Assembly (NCBI GenBank): GCA_013360395.1
Contig: JABWBQ010000006.1
Span: 9,637-73,636, forward strand
Length of the DNA: 64,000 nt
Direction: 5' to 3'
DNA from: Flavobacteriales bacterium
Lineage (GTDB): Bacteria; Bacteroidota; Bacteroidia; Flavobacteriales_F; PHOS-HE28
The translations under genes and the position numbers were made by a program. The notes under the pieces were generated by a model. That model did not search any database and was not told the origin of the DNA. It saw only the letters and a program-made list of their open reading frames with translations. Of the stretch, positions 17,483 through 26,007 are shown piece by piece. Each line of letters opens with the position of its first letter. Within the stretch, counting starts at the first letter, position 1.

Positions 17483-20400
17483 TCAGAAGAAGGCCCGCAC
17501 CTGCGCACCACCCACGTGCACCGCGGGGGTGTGCTCGCTCTTGCGACCGTTGTAGGTGAGGTCCACCTGCAGGTTGCGGCTCAGTCGGCGCTGGATGTTG
17601 AGGCTCCAGGTCCAGTTGGTGCCCACTTTCAGGCCGCCCAGCATCTCGTTGCCCAGGCTCGTGTTGGGGTCGCCGTCGTACCGGATGTCCACAAGGTCCA
17701 GGTTCAGTTGGATGCTGCCCTTGCCGGCGGTGTTCCAGCGGGCCTCCAGGCCCAGGTTCTGCACGGTGGCGGCCTCACCGCCCAGCTCCTCGCGGTTCAG
17801 CTTGTCGGTGTACCGGTAGCTCAGGGCCGCACGCAGGTCGGTGTTGGGCCTCCAGGTGACCCGTGGCCGTACCCCGTATTGGCGGATGTTGAAGGTGCGG
17901 CCGCTCAACAGGTCCGAGGCGTTGGCCACCCGCCCGGCCTCGCCCTCCAGGTCGGTGGTCCATTGCCGGGTGATGTTCCACCGGATGCGTACCTGGTCCA
18001 GCTCGCGCAGCCGTGATTCGAAACCGTTCAGCAGCAGGGTCTTGGTGCGGTCGCTCTGGAAGGTGTGGTCCACGCTCCACACCGGGCTGGTGCGGTCGTA
18101 GAACAGCGTGTTGCGCAACGCGCTGGTGAAGGCCGTGAGCAGCGTGTCCGCCGGATCGATGCGGAAGGGGTCCAGCGCCTGCCCGAGGTCGGCCGTGCTG
18201 GTCTTGCGATCGCTGCGGAAGGAGGCCAGGTCGGAGAACTTCGCCAGGAAGCGGCGCAGGCCCGTACGCCCCCCCCAGGCCACGGACGGCCGCAGGTCCA
18301 GCGAGGCGCTGAGCTGGTTGCTGAAGGTGCGCGCATAGGTGGTGCCGGGCACGAACACCCGCACATAGTTGGCCTCGTATCCGAAGTTGGCCTGCTCGAA
18401 CTCGTTGAGCTCCTTGATGCCGTTGCCGTTGTAATCGTTCCAGATGTAGAGGCCCTGGCCGGCGGGCACCTCCACATAGAGGAATTCGCGCTGCTGCTCC
18501 AGGCCCGAGCCCAGCTCGTAGAACAGGTCCCACACGGCCACCCCCTTGCCCAGGGTGAGGTCGTGGTCGATGCGCATCAGGTAGGTGTCCTCAGGCCGCT
18601 GGGCCGTGAGGGTGCTGTCCACGATGCGGAGCTGGCGGTAGGTGAAGGTGGTGGCCAGCCGGTGGCGGGCATCGCGGCCCACGCCCAGGGTGGCCGTGCC
18701 GGCGGTGGCCACGGTGCTGCGCGCCAGCCCGCCATCGCGCAGGCCCTGGTCGTAGCGCTGGCCGCCGCCCACGCGGAAAGTGGTGCGGGCCGTGTCGCGG
18801 CTCTGGATGAAGACCTCCCAATCGTGGAAGCGGTAGCTGCCGGCGAGCAGCGCGTCGCTCGTGTCGGCCAGGAAGCGGTTGTGTTCGTGCTCGTCCTGCA
18901 CGCCGATCGTGAACCAGCGCATGCGCCGCGCGAGCCGGGCCTTGTGCCGCAGGAACCCCGTGCGCACCGGGCTCGTGGTGGTGAGCAGGCTGGCGGTGCC
19001 CGTGAGGTCGAACCGGCCCGGGTGCAGGTCGCTCAGCAGTTCGTGCCGCCACCCGGCATAGCGGTCGCGCACCTGGAAGGTGTTCAGCACGTACCGCAGG
19101 CGCCCGGCCTTGCCGGCCCGCAGGCCCACACCCAGTGCGGCCAGCAGCTGGTCGCCGTCCAGCGGCCGGCCCACGGCGTTCCAGTTGCGCTCGAACTCCA
19201 CCGCCCGGTACCGCTCCACGGGTGTGAAGGAGGCCGTGAGCGCCTCGCTCTCCAGGCCCAGTTCCAGGGCCCAGGTGCTGTCGGCGGCGCGCAGCGGGAT
19301 CGCCTGGTCCGCCTTCACACGCGCGGCGAAGGCCTGGTCGTCGGCCGCATCCCGGCCGCTGAAGGTGTTGCGGTCGTACCTCCCGTAGGCCAGCTCGGTG
19401 CTCAGCCGCAGCCCGCCGACGGTCCGGTGGTCCGCCCCCACGGTCACCACCTGTTGCGAGCGCGGCGCCACCAGCACCCGCACGGGGGCATGGTCGCCCC
19501 GGTGCACCACGGCACCGTTCACCGTGTCCGGCGCCACCCAGCGGTACACCCGTCCGTTGGGGGTGAACTCCTGCTGCACATAGTCCCCCTTGCCCGCACC
19601 CACGGCGGAGAAGGTGATGCGGTGCCGCGCGCTGTCCGGCGAGGTGCTGTACACGTACACCGGGCTGTAGCCCAGGGAGTCCACGGCCTTGTACAGCACC
19701 TGGTCGGGGTTGTACGCCACGGTGTCCACGCCGGGCACCACGGCGGCCAGGGGGTCGTCCCCCGCTTCGGCCAGGGCGCGCTGCTCCTGGTCCGTGAGGT
19801 CCTGCTGCAGCGGCTGTCCCTTGTGGTCCTGCTCGCTGAAGACGTTGAGACGGAGGGTCGTGCGGCCCCGCGTCCAGGTGTCGTCCAGCCGCAGCAGCGT
19901 GCGCATGTAGTTGCGGTCCGAGTACTGGAACTCCACGGTGATGCGACGGTCCTTGGTGATCAGGCGGCGCGCGGTGAAGGTGAGCTCGGCCGTGTTGTAG
20001 TCGATCACATAGTCGTTCTCCTGGCCGCGCACCAGTTGCTGGCCGTCGATGAACACGCGCTCGGTGCCCGACAGCACCACGATGAAGGTCTCGCCACCAT
20101 CGCCGCGCAGGCGGTAGGGGCCCTGCACGCCCTCCACACCCTGGATGACGTTGCGCGCGAACTTGCCCTTGGAGATGGCCACGGAGGTGCCCAGCGTGTT
20201 GGTGGCCCGCGCCCCCCGCGCCCGGTGGTTGAACGACAGCCCCTTCGACTTCTTGAGGTAGGTGAGGAAGTGGCTGTTGGGGCGCTGCAGCACGAAGTCA
20301 CCTGCGATCAGCTCCCAGTCGTCCTCGAAGAGCTTGATGAACACCTGGTCGAAATCCTGCAACTCCAACGTGTTGCCCTCGGCCTGGATGGGGATGCTGT

Positions 20401-20926
20401 TGTCCGTGATGGAAGCCTGCACCTGGATGCGGTCGGTGATGCGCCCGCTCAGCTCCAGGTTCAGCGAGGAGTTCACCGACAGGTCCTGGTTGTTGCCGAA
20501 GAGGATGCCCCGCGAGATGCTGCCGCTCTTGTTGAGCCCGGCGTTGCCGAAGAGGTCCTCGCGTTCGGCCGGTGCCACGTACTTGAAGGGGTCCCGCCGG
20601 TCGGGGTCCTCGCTCAACAGCCGCGTGCGGTCCTTGTGGCGCCGCTCGGCGGCGAACAGCAGGGGCCACACGCGGTAGCGGGCCGTGAGCGTGTCGCCGG
20701 CGATGCCGGGGGCCACCCACAAGCGCGCCCGGTAGGGGTCGAGCACGAAGGCACTATCGGGCAGCCGCACGGTGCCGTGCCACAGGGACAGGCTGCCCGG
20801 GGCGATCCCCAGGGTGTCCAGCGCGATGGTGTCGCCGGTGAGCACCACGGTGCGCATGCGGCGGTTGTCGCCGGGGCCCTGCCCGCGGACCGGGAGCGCG
20901 GCCAGCAGCACCAGCCACAGGGGCAT
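17483..20926 (-). CDS. large outer-membrane beta-barrel protein (hypothetical, about 1148 aa)
   Basis: Track ORF starts on GTG at 21118; M65 (20926) gives MPLWLVLLAALPVRGQ (signal peptide). Alternating amphipathic beta-strand pattern throughout. Terminal residues ...VRAFF with C-terminal Phe are typical of OMP barrels. Confidence 0.6.
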   Translation of the reverse strand: MPLWLVLLAALPVRGQGPGDNRRMRTVVLTGDTIALDTLGIAPGSLSLWHGTVRLPDSAFVLDPYRARLWVAPGIAGDTLTARYRVWPLLFAAERRHKDRTRLLSEDPDRRDPFKYVAPAEREDLFGNAGLNKSGSISRGILFGNNQDLSVNSSLNLELSGRITDRIQVQASITDNSIPIQAEGNTLELQDFDQVFIKLFEDDWELIAGDFVLQRPNSHFLTYLKKSKGLSFNHRARGARATNTLGTSVAISKGKFARNVIQGVEGVQGPYRLRGDGGETFIVVLSGTERVFIDGQQLVRGQENDYVIDYNTAELTFTARRLITKDRRITVEFQYSDRNYMRTLLRLDDTWTRGRTTLRLNVFSEQDHKGQPLQQDLTDQEQRALAEAGDDPLAAVVPGVDTVAYNPDQVLYKAVDSLGYSPVYVYSTSPDSARHRITFSAVGAGKGDYVQQEFTPNGRVYRWVAPDTVNGAVVHRGDHAPVRVLVAPRSQQVVTVGADHRTVGGLRLSTELAYGRYDRNTFSGRDAADDQAFAARVKADQAIPLRAADSTWALELGLESEALTASFTPVERYRAVEFERNWNAVGRPLDGDQLLAALGVGLRAGKAGRLRYVLNTFQVRDRYAGWRHELLSDLHPGRFDLTGTASLLTTTSPVRTGFLRHKARLARRMRWFTIGVQDEHEHNRFLADTSDALLAGSYRFHDWEVFIQSRDTARTTFRVGGGQRYDQGLRDGGLARSTVATAGTATLGVGRDARHRLATTFTYRQLRIVDSTLTAQRPEDTYLMRIDHDLTLGKGVAVWDLFYELGSGLEQQREFLYVEVPAGQGLYIWNDYNGNGIKELNEFEQANFGYEANYVRVFVPGTTYARTFSNQLSASLDLRPSVAWGGRTGLRRFLAKFSDLASFRSDRKTSTADLGQALDPFRIDPADTLLTAFTSALRNTLFYDRTSPVWSVDHTFQSDRTKTLLLNGFESRLRELDQVRIRWNITRQWTTDLEGEAGRVANASDLLSGRTFNIRQYGVRPRVTWRPNTDLRAALSYRYTDKLNREELGGEAATVQNLGLEARWNTAGKGSIQLNLDLVDIRYDGDPNTSLGNEMLGGLKVGTNWTWSLNIQRRLSRNLQVDLTYNGRKSEHTPAVHVGGAQVRAFF

Positions 20927-21099
20927 GCGCACGATGGCCCGGAAGCGGGCCGGGCACGTGGCGGCGATGGACGGGTGGGGCCCCAAGGGCGGGAAAATTA
21001 CCCAGCCCGTCCGCGTCCCCGCCCCCATCAAGATCCGATCGTTGATGAGCGGTACGGCGCCCCTCGGGCGGCTGCGGCACGCCCGGGTACATTTGGCCG

Positions 21100-22833
21100 G
21101 TGAGCTTGAAGAACGCACGGATCCCGCGGCTGTTGTTCTTCATCGCCCTGGTGCTGCTGTACGCCTGCGGCGGTGGCGGCGGCGACGAGGTGCGGCGGGT
21201 GCGCGGTGGCAAACACTACGGCGGGGTCTTCAACATCAACGAAGTGGGCGGGGTGCGCAGCATCTTCCCCCTCCACCTCTCGCAGGCCACCGAGCACCGC
21301 ATCGCCTCCATGATCTACCAGGGGCTGGTGCGCTTCGACCCCGGCGACCTGAAGGTGCTGCCCTGCCTGGCCGAGCGCTGGGAGGTGAACGACGACGCCA
21401 CCACCTTCACCCTGCACCTGCGCAAGGATGTGCTCTTCCATCCGGACCCCGCGTTCAGTTCCCAGGAGGACCGGCGCTTCGATGCCGAGGATGTGCTGTA
21501 CTGCTTCCGTGCATTGTGCACCGCCGATCCCGCCAACCGCGTGTTCTGGCTGTTCCAGGACAAGGTGTTGGGCGCCAACGAGCACCACGCGAGCACGGCC
21601 GCCGGCGGCGATCGCGACGCACCCATCCCCGGCCTCGAAGTGGTCGATCCGTACACCTTCCGCATCACCCTCACCCACCCCAATGCGGGCTTCCTGCAGG
21701 TGCTGGCGCATCAGGGCTGCTGGATCCATCCCCGCCAGCTGGCCGAAGCCTACGGCGATGACCTGAGCGCGCACGCCATCGGCACGGGCCCGTTCAAGCT
21801 CAAGACCTACGCGCCCGGCGAGGCTTACGTGCTGGAGCGCGATCCCGACCACTGGGACCGCGACGAGCACGGCAACGCGCTGCCCTTCCTGGACGCCGTG
21901 CGCATCACCCTGGACCCCGACAAGAACAAGGAGATGGAGGCCTTCCTGGCCGGAAGGCTCTCGTGCATCACGGATGTGCCGGTGGAACGGACCGGCCTGT
22001 TCAAGGACACGATGGACGCCACCGGGAGGAAACGCTTCACGGTGCAGTCGGTGCCGGGCTCGGCCGTGCAGTTCTACGGCTTCAACATCAACGCCCGGCC
22101 CTTCAACGACCTCCGCGTGCGGCGGGCCTTCAGCATGGCCATCGACCGGCGATTCCTGGTGGACAGCGTGCTCGAGGGCCTGGCGGTGCCCGCCGAGCAC
22201 GGCCTGGTGGCGCCGGGGCTCCCCGGTTATCCGTATGAGGCGGTGGCCGGGCACAGCTTCGACCCCGCCGCCGCCAGGGCCCTGCTGGCCGAGGCGGGAT
22301 ACCCGGGCGGAACGGACTTCCCGCAGGTGGTGCTGAACGTGAGCCCGGGCTTCGGGTACATCCAGGTGGCCGAGGCCGTACAGGTGATGTTGCAACGCCA
22401 CCTCGGGGTGCCGCTCATCCTGTCGGTGCTGCCCATGGACCAGCACTACACCTCCATCGAACGCGGCCGGGCCCGCTTCTGGCGCGAGGGTTGGGTGGCC
22501 GACCTGCCCGATGCCGAGAACTTCCTGTCCCTGCTCTACGGCAAGAACGCCCAGGCCGACACCGCCCTGCCCACCTTCCTGAACACCACACGCTATCGCG
22601 ACGCGCGCTTCGATTCGCTGTTCGCCGAGGCGCAACGCAACGTGGACGGCGCGCGCCGTTCCGGGCTCTTCGCCGAGGCGGAGAACAAGGCCATGGCCGA
22701 TGCGCCGCTGACCCCGCTCTACCACGAGCGCATCATCCGCCTGCTGCGCCCCGATGTGCGCGACATGCCGCTGAACGCGATGGACCTGCGCGACATGGCG
22801 CGCGTGTGGTCCGATCCCTCGTTCACACGCTGA
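21100..22833 (+). CDS. ABC transporter substrate-binding protein, family 5 (peptide/nickel OppA/DppA-like) lipoprotein
   Basis: GTG start at 21100 (first start after an in-frame stop); MSLKNARIPRLLFFIALVLLYACGG lipoprotein signal. SBP_bac_5 architecture with conserved W/Y-rich segments. Confidence 0.8.
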   Translation: MSLKNARIPRLLFFIALVLLYACGGGGGDEVRRVRGGKHYGGVFNINEVGGVRSIFPLHLSQATEHRIASMIYQGLVRFDPGDLKVLPCLAERWEVNDDATTFTLHLRKDVLFHPDPAFSSQEDRRFDAEDVLYCFRALCTADPANRVFWLFQDKVLGANEHHASTAAGGDRDAPIPGLEVVDPYTFRITLTHPNAGFLQVLAHQGCWIHPRQLAEAYGDDLSAHAIGTGPFKLKTYAPGEAYVLERDPDHWDRDEHGNALPFLDAVRITLDPDKNKEMEAFLAGRLSCITDVPVERTGLFKDTMDATGRKRFTVQSVPGSAVQFYGFNINARPFNDLRVRRAFSMAIDRRFLVDSVLEGLAVPAEHGLVAPGLPGYPYEAVAGHSFDPAAARALLAEAGYPGGTDFPQVVLNVSPGFGYIQVAEAVQVMLQRHLGVPLILSVLPMDQHYTSIERGRARFWREGWVADLPDAENFLSLLYGKNAQADTALPTFLNTTRYRDARFDSLFAEAQRNVDGARRSGLFAEAENKAMADAPLTPLYHERIIRLLRPDVRDMPLNAMDLRDMARVWSDPSFTR

Positions 22834-23566
22834 TCCGCTCGGCGGGCCGTTCGGCCATGAGGTAGCGGTGCACCAACTGCTTGGCCAGCGGCATGAAGGT
22901 CTCGATGTGCGGCACCTCCCAGGCGCACTCGAACCCGAAGGTGGCCGGCACCGGCAGTTGCGGCCGGGTGGCGATGAGCTCGGCGCGGATCGCCTCGTAG
23001 GTGCGGTGCAGGCCCACCGCACGGCTGCCCACGTACTGCGTCACCACGCTGCGCCAGTGCAACCGCTCCTCCGCGTCGCGCAGCAGCGTCACCGCATAGC
23101 TGTAAATGCGGGCCTCGCGACCCTGGCGCAGCAACAGGTAGCCGGCGCGCGGGTCCAGCGGCAGCACGCCCACCGGACCGAACTGGATGTGGTCGCAGAT
23201 CCGCTCGCGCAGTTCGTTGCCCTGCGCCAGCCGTTCGCGCAGCTCGGGCAGTGCGTCGTCGATCACCTCGTCGATCACGCCCAGGGCCCCTTCGGGCTGC
23301 GGCAGCGCGGCGTAGGTCACCGTGCCCGTCCGCGGGTCCAGCCCCGTGATGTCGCGCGGCATGGTGGACCGCAGTTGGTCCGTGCATTGCTGCAACCGCT
23401 CCAAGCCGTCCAGGTGCCCCGCCACGTCCAGCAGGTAGGGGTACAGCTTGCGCTCGGTGAAACGCCGCCCCACTTCCTGCAGGTAGGCCAGCAGGGTGTA
23501 GCGCTTCAGCTCCCGGTCGATGGCCGGGACCAGGATCCAATCCTTGGCGAGCAGGGCTTGGGCCAT
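22823..23566 (-). CDS. conserved hypothetical protein
   Basis: 247-aa ORF with ATG start and normal amino-acid composition (MAQALLAKDWILVPAIDRELKRYTLLAYLQEVGRRF...); 11-nt convergent overlap with the SBP gene; no recognisable domain. Confidence 0.55.
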   Translation of the reverse strand: MAQALLAKDWILVPAIDRELKRYTLLAYLQEVGRRFTERKLYPYLLDVAGHLDGLERLQQCTDQLRSTMPRDITGLDPRTGTVTYAALPQPEGALGVIDEVIDDALPELRERLAQGNELRERICDHIQFGPVGVLPLDPRAGYLLLRQGREARIYSYAVTLLRDAEERLHWRSVVTQYVGSRAVGLHRTYEAIRAELIATRPQLPVPATFGFECAWEVPHIETFMPLAKQLVHRYLMAERPAERISV

Positions 23567-23661
23567 GGCGCTCGATGAACGGTGTGTTCACAAAAAAGGT
23601 TGCGCCCCGGCGGTCCGAAAGCCCCGGGACGGGACCTTTGCACGACCCGAAAGGTACTGCC

Positions 23662-24612
23662 ATGAAGTCGCGTTCCATCGTTCCGGCCGCATTTGTTGCG
23701 GCCCTGCTGTTCACCGCCTGCGTGCCGCACCGCAAATACGAGGAGCTCCGGGCTTCCATGGAGACCATGCGTGCCGAGAGCGAAGCCGCCTCGGCCAAGG
23801 CCCGGGACGCGCAGGCCGCGCTGGATTCCCAGAACACGGCCCTGAGCGACCTGCAGCGCCGCGTGAAGCTCCTGGAACAGGACACCACCACCCTGGGCAC
23901 CTCCCTGCGCAAGATGCAGCAGCAGTATGACAAGATCAACGCCCTCAACGACGAGCTGCTGGACAAATACAACAAGCTGCTGGCCGGCGACCGCAGCGAG
24001 AACCGCAAGCTGCTCACCGACCTGGAGGCGCTGCGCCTGGACCTGCAGAACAAGGAGGACTCCATCGCGCGCAGCAGCAAGCGCCTGGCCGAGCGTGAGG
24101 CCCGCCTGGCCGAACTGCAGGCCGAGCTGGACCGCAAGGATGCCGCCATGCGCGACCTGAAGGACCGCGTGAGCCGTGCGCTCACCGGCTTCGAGGGCAA
24201 GGGCCTCACCGTGGAACAGCGCGAGGGGCGCATCCATGTAAGCCTGGAGAACAAGCTGCTCTTCCCCAGCGGCAGCGCCACGGTGGACAAGCAGGGGCGG
24301 GAGGCCCTGGTGCAGCTGGCCAAGGCCATCGAGGCCGACCGCGACATCAGCATCCTGGTGGAGGGCCATACGGACACCGACAAGATCCTGCCGGGAAGCA
24401 GCTTCAAGGACAACTGGGAGCTGAGCGTCGAACGTGCCAGCAGCGTGGTGCGCATCCTCCAGGAGAGCAGCGCCATCGAACCGCGGCGCATCACCGCCGC
24501 CGGGCGCAGCGAGTACGTGCCGGTGGACCCGACGGACAAGGCCAAGAACCGCCGCATCGAGGTGATCCTCACCCCGGACCTCACCGCGCTGTACAACCTG
24601 GTGAACGACTGA
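23662..24612 (+). CDS. OmpA family lipoprotein with coiled-coil region
   Basis: M30 of the track ORF: MKSRSIVPAAFVAALLFTACVP (lipobox). A long coiled coil, then an OmpA-like C-terminal domain (ILVEGHTDTDKIL...NWELSVERASSVVRIL...NRRIEVIL). Confidence 0.8.
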   Translation: MKSRSIVPAAFVAALLFTACVPHRKYEELRASMETMRAESEAASAKARDAQAALDSQNTALSDLQRRVKLLEQDTTTLGTSLRKMQQQYDKINALNDELLDKYNKLLAGDRSENRKLLTDLEALRLDLQNKEDSIARSSKRLAEREARLAELQAELDRKDAAMRDLKDRVSRALTGFEGKGLTVEQREGRIHVSLENKLLFPSGSATVDKQGREALVQLAKAIEADRDISILVEGHTDTDKILPGSSFKDNWELSVERASSVVRILQESSAIEPRRITAAGRSEYVPVDPTDKAKNRRIEVILTPDLTALYNLVND

Positions 24613-24667
24613 GCGCCCCGCGGTCACCAGCGCAGCGGGCCTGCGGTGCGCCCGCTACTTTTGCCGC

Positions 24668-25804
24668 ATGAGCCGCCCGTGGCCGCAGCTGGACCTGCTT
24701 CCCCTGGAGCGGTGGGGTCCGGGGATCGAACGGCCCCTGCTGATCGCCGGTCCGTGCAGCGCCGAGAGTGAGGAACAGCTGATGGCGGCCGCGCTCGGCA
24801 TCCGCAGCCATGCGCCCACCGTGCGGGTGCTGCGCGCCGGGATCTGGAAACCGCGCACCCGCCCCGGGGCCTTCGAGGGGGCCGGCGAACCGGGCCTGCG
24901 CTGGCTGCGCGATGCCGGTAACGCCACCGGCCTGCTCACCGCCACCGAAGTGGCCACGCCCCAGCACGTGGAGGCCGCCCTCAAGGCCGGTGTGGACCTG
25001 CTGTGGATCGGCGCCCGCACCACGCCGAACCCCTTCAGCGTCCAGGCCCTCGCCGACGCGCTGGCCGGGGTGGATGTGCCCGTGCTGGTGAAGAACCCCG
25101 TGAACCCGGACCTCCACCTCTGGGTGGGCGCCCTGGAACGGTTGAACCATGCCGGCATCCGGCGCCTTGCCGCCGTGCACCGCGGCTTCAGCTGGTCGGG
25201 CCGCACCACCTTCCGCAACGCGCCCATGTGGGAGTTCCCCATCCGGCTGATGGCGGCTTGCCCCGGCCTGCCCATGCTGTGCGACCCCAGCCACATCGCC
25301 GGCCGCACCGACCGCCTGGCCGAGGTGGCCCAGCAGGCGCTCGACCTGAACTTCAGCGGGCTGATGGTCGAGGCCCACCCCGACCCCGGCAACGCCCTGA
25401 GCGACGGTGAACAGCAGGTGACGCCCACCGCCCTGGGTGCCCTGCTCCAAAGCCTGGCCCACCGCGCCGCACGCCCCGACCCCGTGCTGCGCGACCTGCT
25501 GGACGAGCTGCGCGACCAGATCGATCAGCTCGATGCCGACATCGCCCAAAAGCTCGCCGAACGCCTGGATATCGCCGAGCGCATCGGCCTGTACAAGCAG
25601 GAGCACAACGTGGCCATCCTGCAGCCCGAACGGTGGGAGCGCATTATGGCCGCACAGCACGAGATCGGCCGCCGCTCCGGCCTCAGCCCGGCTTTCATCG
25701 AGGCCTTCATGAACGCCGTGCACCAGGAGAGCATCCGCCGCCAGACCGAGGCCTGGGAGCGTGCCCAGGTGCCCACCCAGGCGCCTCCGGCACAGGCCGA
25801 ATAA
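24668..25804 (+). CDS. bifunctional 3-deoxy-7-phosphoheptulonate synthase (type I-beta, KDO8PS-like) / chorismate mutase
   Basis: N-terminal DAHPS_I-beta motifs (LLIAGPCSAESEEQ, GIWKPRTRPGAFEG, LMVEAHPDP). C-terminal chorismate mutase helix (LRDQIDQLDADIAQKLAERLDIAERIGLYK). Confidence 0.85.
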   Translation: MSRPWPQLDLLPLERWGPGIERPLLIAGPCSAESEEQLMAAALGIRSHAPTVRVLRAGIWKPRTRPGAFEGAGEPGLRWLRDAGNATGLLTATEVATPQHVEAALKAGVDLLWIGARTTPNPFSVQALADALAGVDVPVLVKNPVNPDLHLWVGALERLNHAGIRRLAAVHRGFSWSGRTTFRNAPMWEFPIRLMAACPGLPMLCDPSHIAGRTDRLAEVAQQALDLNFSGLMVEAHPDPGNALSDGEQQVTPTALGALLQSLAHRAARPDPVLRDLLDELRDQIDQLDADIAQKLAERLDIAERIGLYKQEHNVAILQPERWERIMAAQHEIGRRSGLSPAFIEAFMNAVHQESIRRQTEAWERAQVPTQAPPAQAE

Positions 25805-25870
25805 CAGGCCGGCGTCCGCCGGTGAACGGGCCGCCAGGGGAGGAGGTCCGCCCAAGGGAGAGCCTTGCAC

Positions 25871-25896
25871 GACCGGAAGGGACCGCTTTCCGGTCC
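25871..25896 (+). terminator. hairpin downstream of DAHPS gene (possible terminator)
   Basis: gaccggaa-gggaccgctt-ttccggtc is a perfect 8-bp inverted repeat 67 nt after the stop; no U-tract, so weak. Confidence 0.3.
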
Positions 25897-26007
25897 CGGG
25901 GGACGGGATGGGTGGTTCGACGAAGCGCTATGACGAATGTCATCAACCCCCTATTTTTGATCCTACCTGCGAGGAAAAGGAAACGAACCAAAACCCGAAC
26001 CGGAACC

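Noticed and set aside
21088-21095. tacatttg matching the Bacteroidota -7 promoter consensus TAnnTTTG upstream of the ABC substrate-binding protein gene
   Set aside because: It ends only 5 nt before the GTG start at 21100, leaving no room for a transcript 5' end, and the track shows no earlier in-frame start, so it is probably coincidental.
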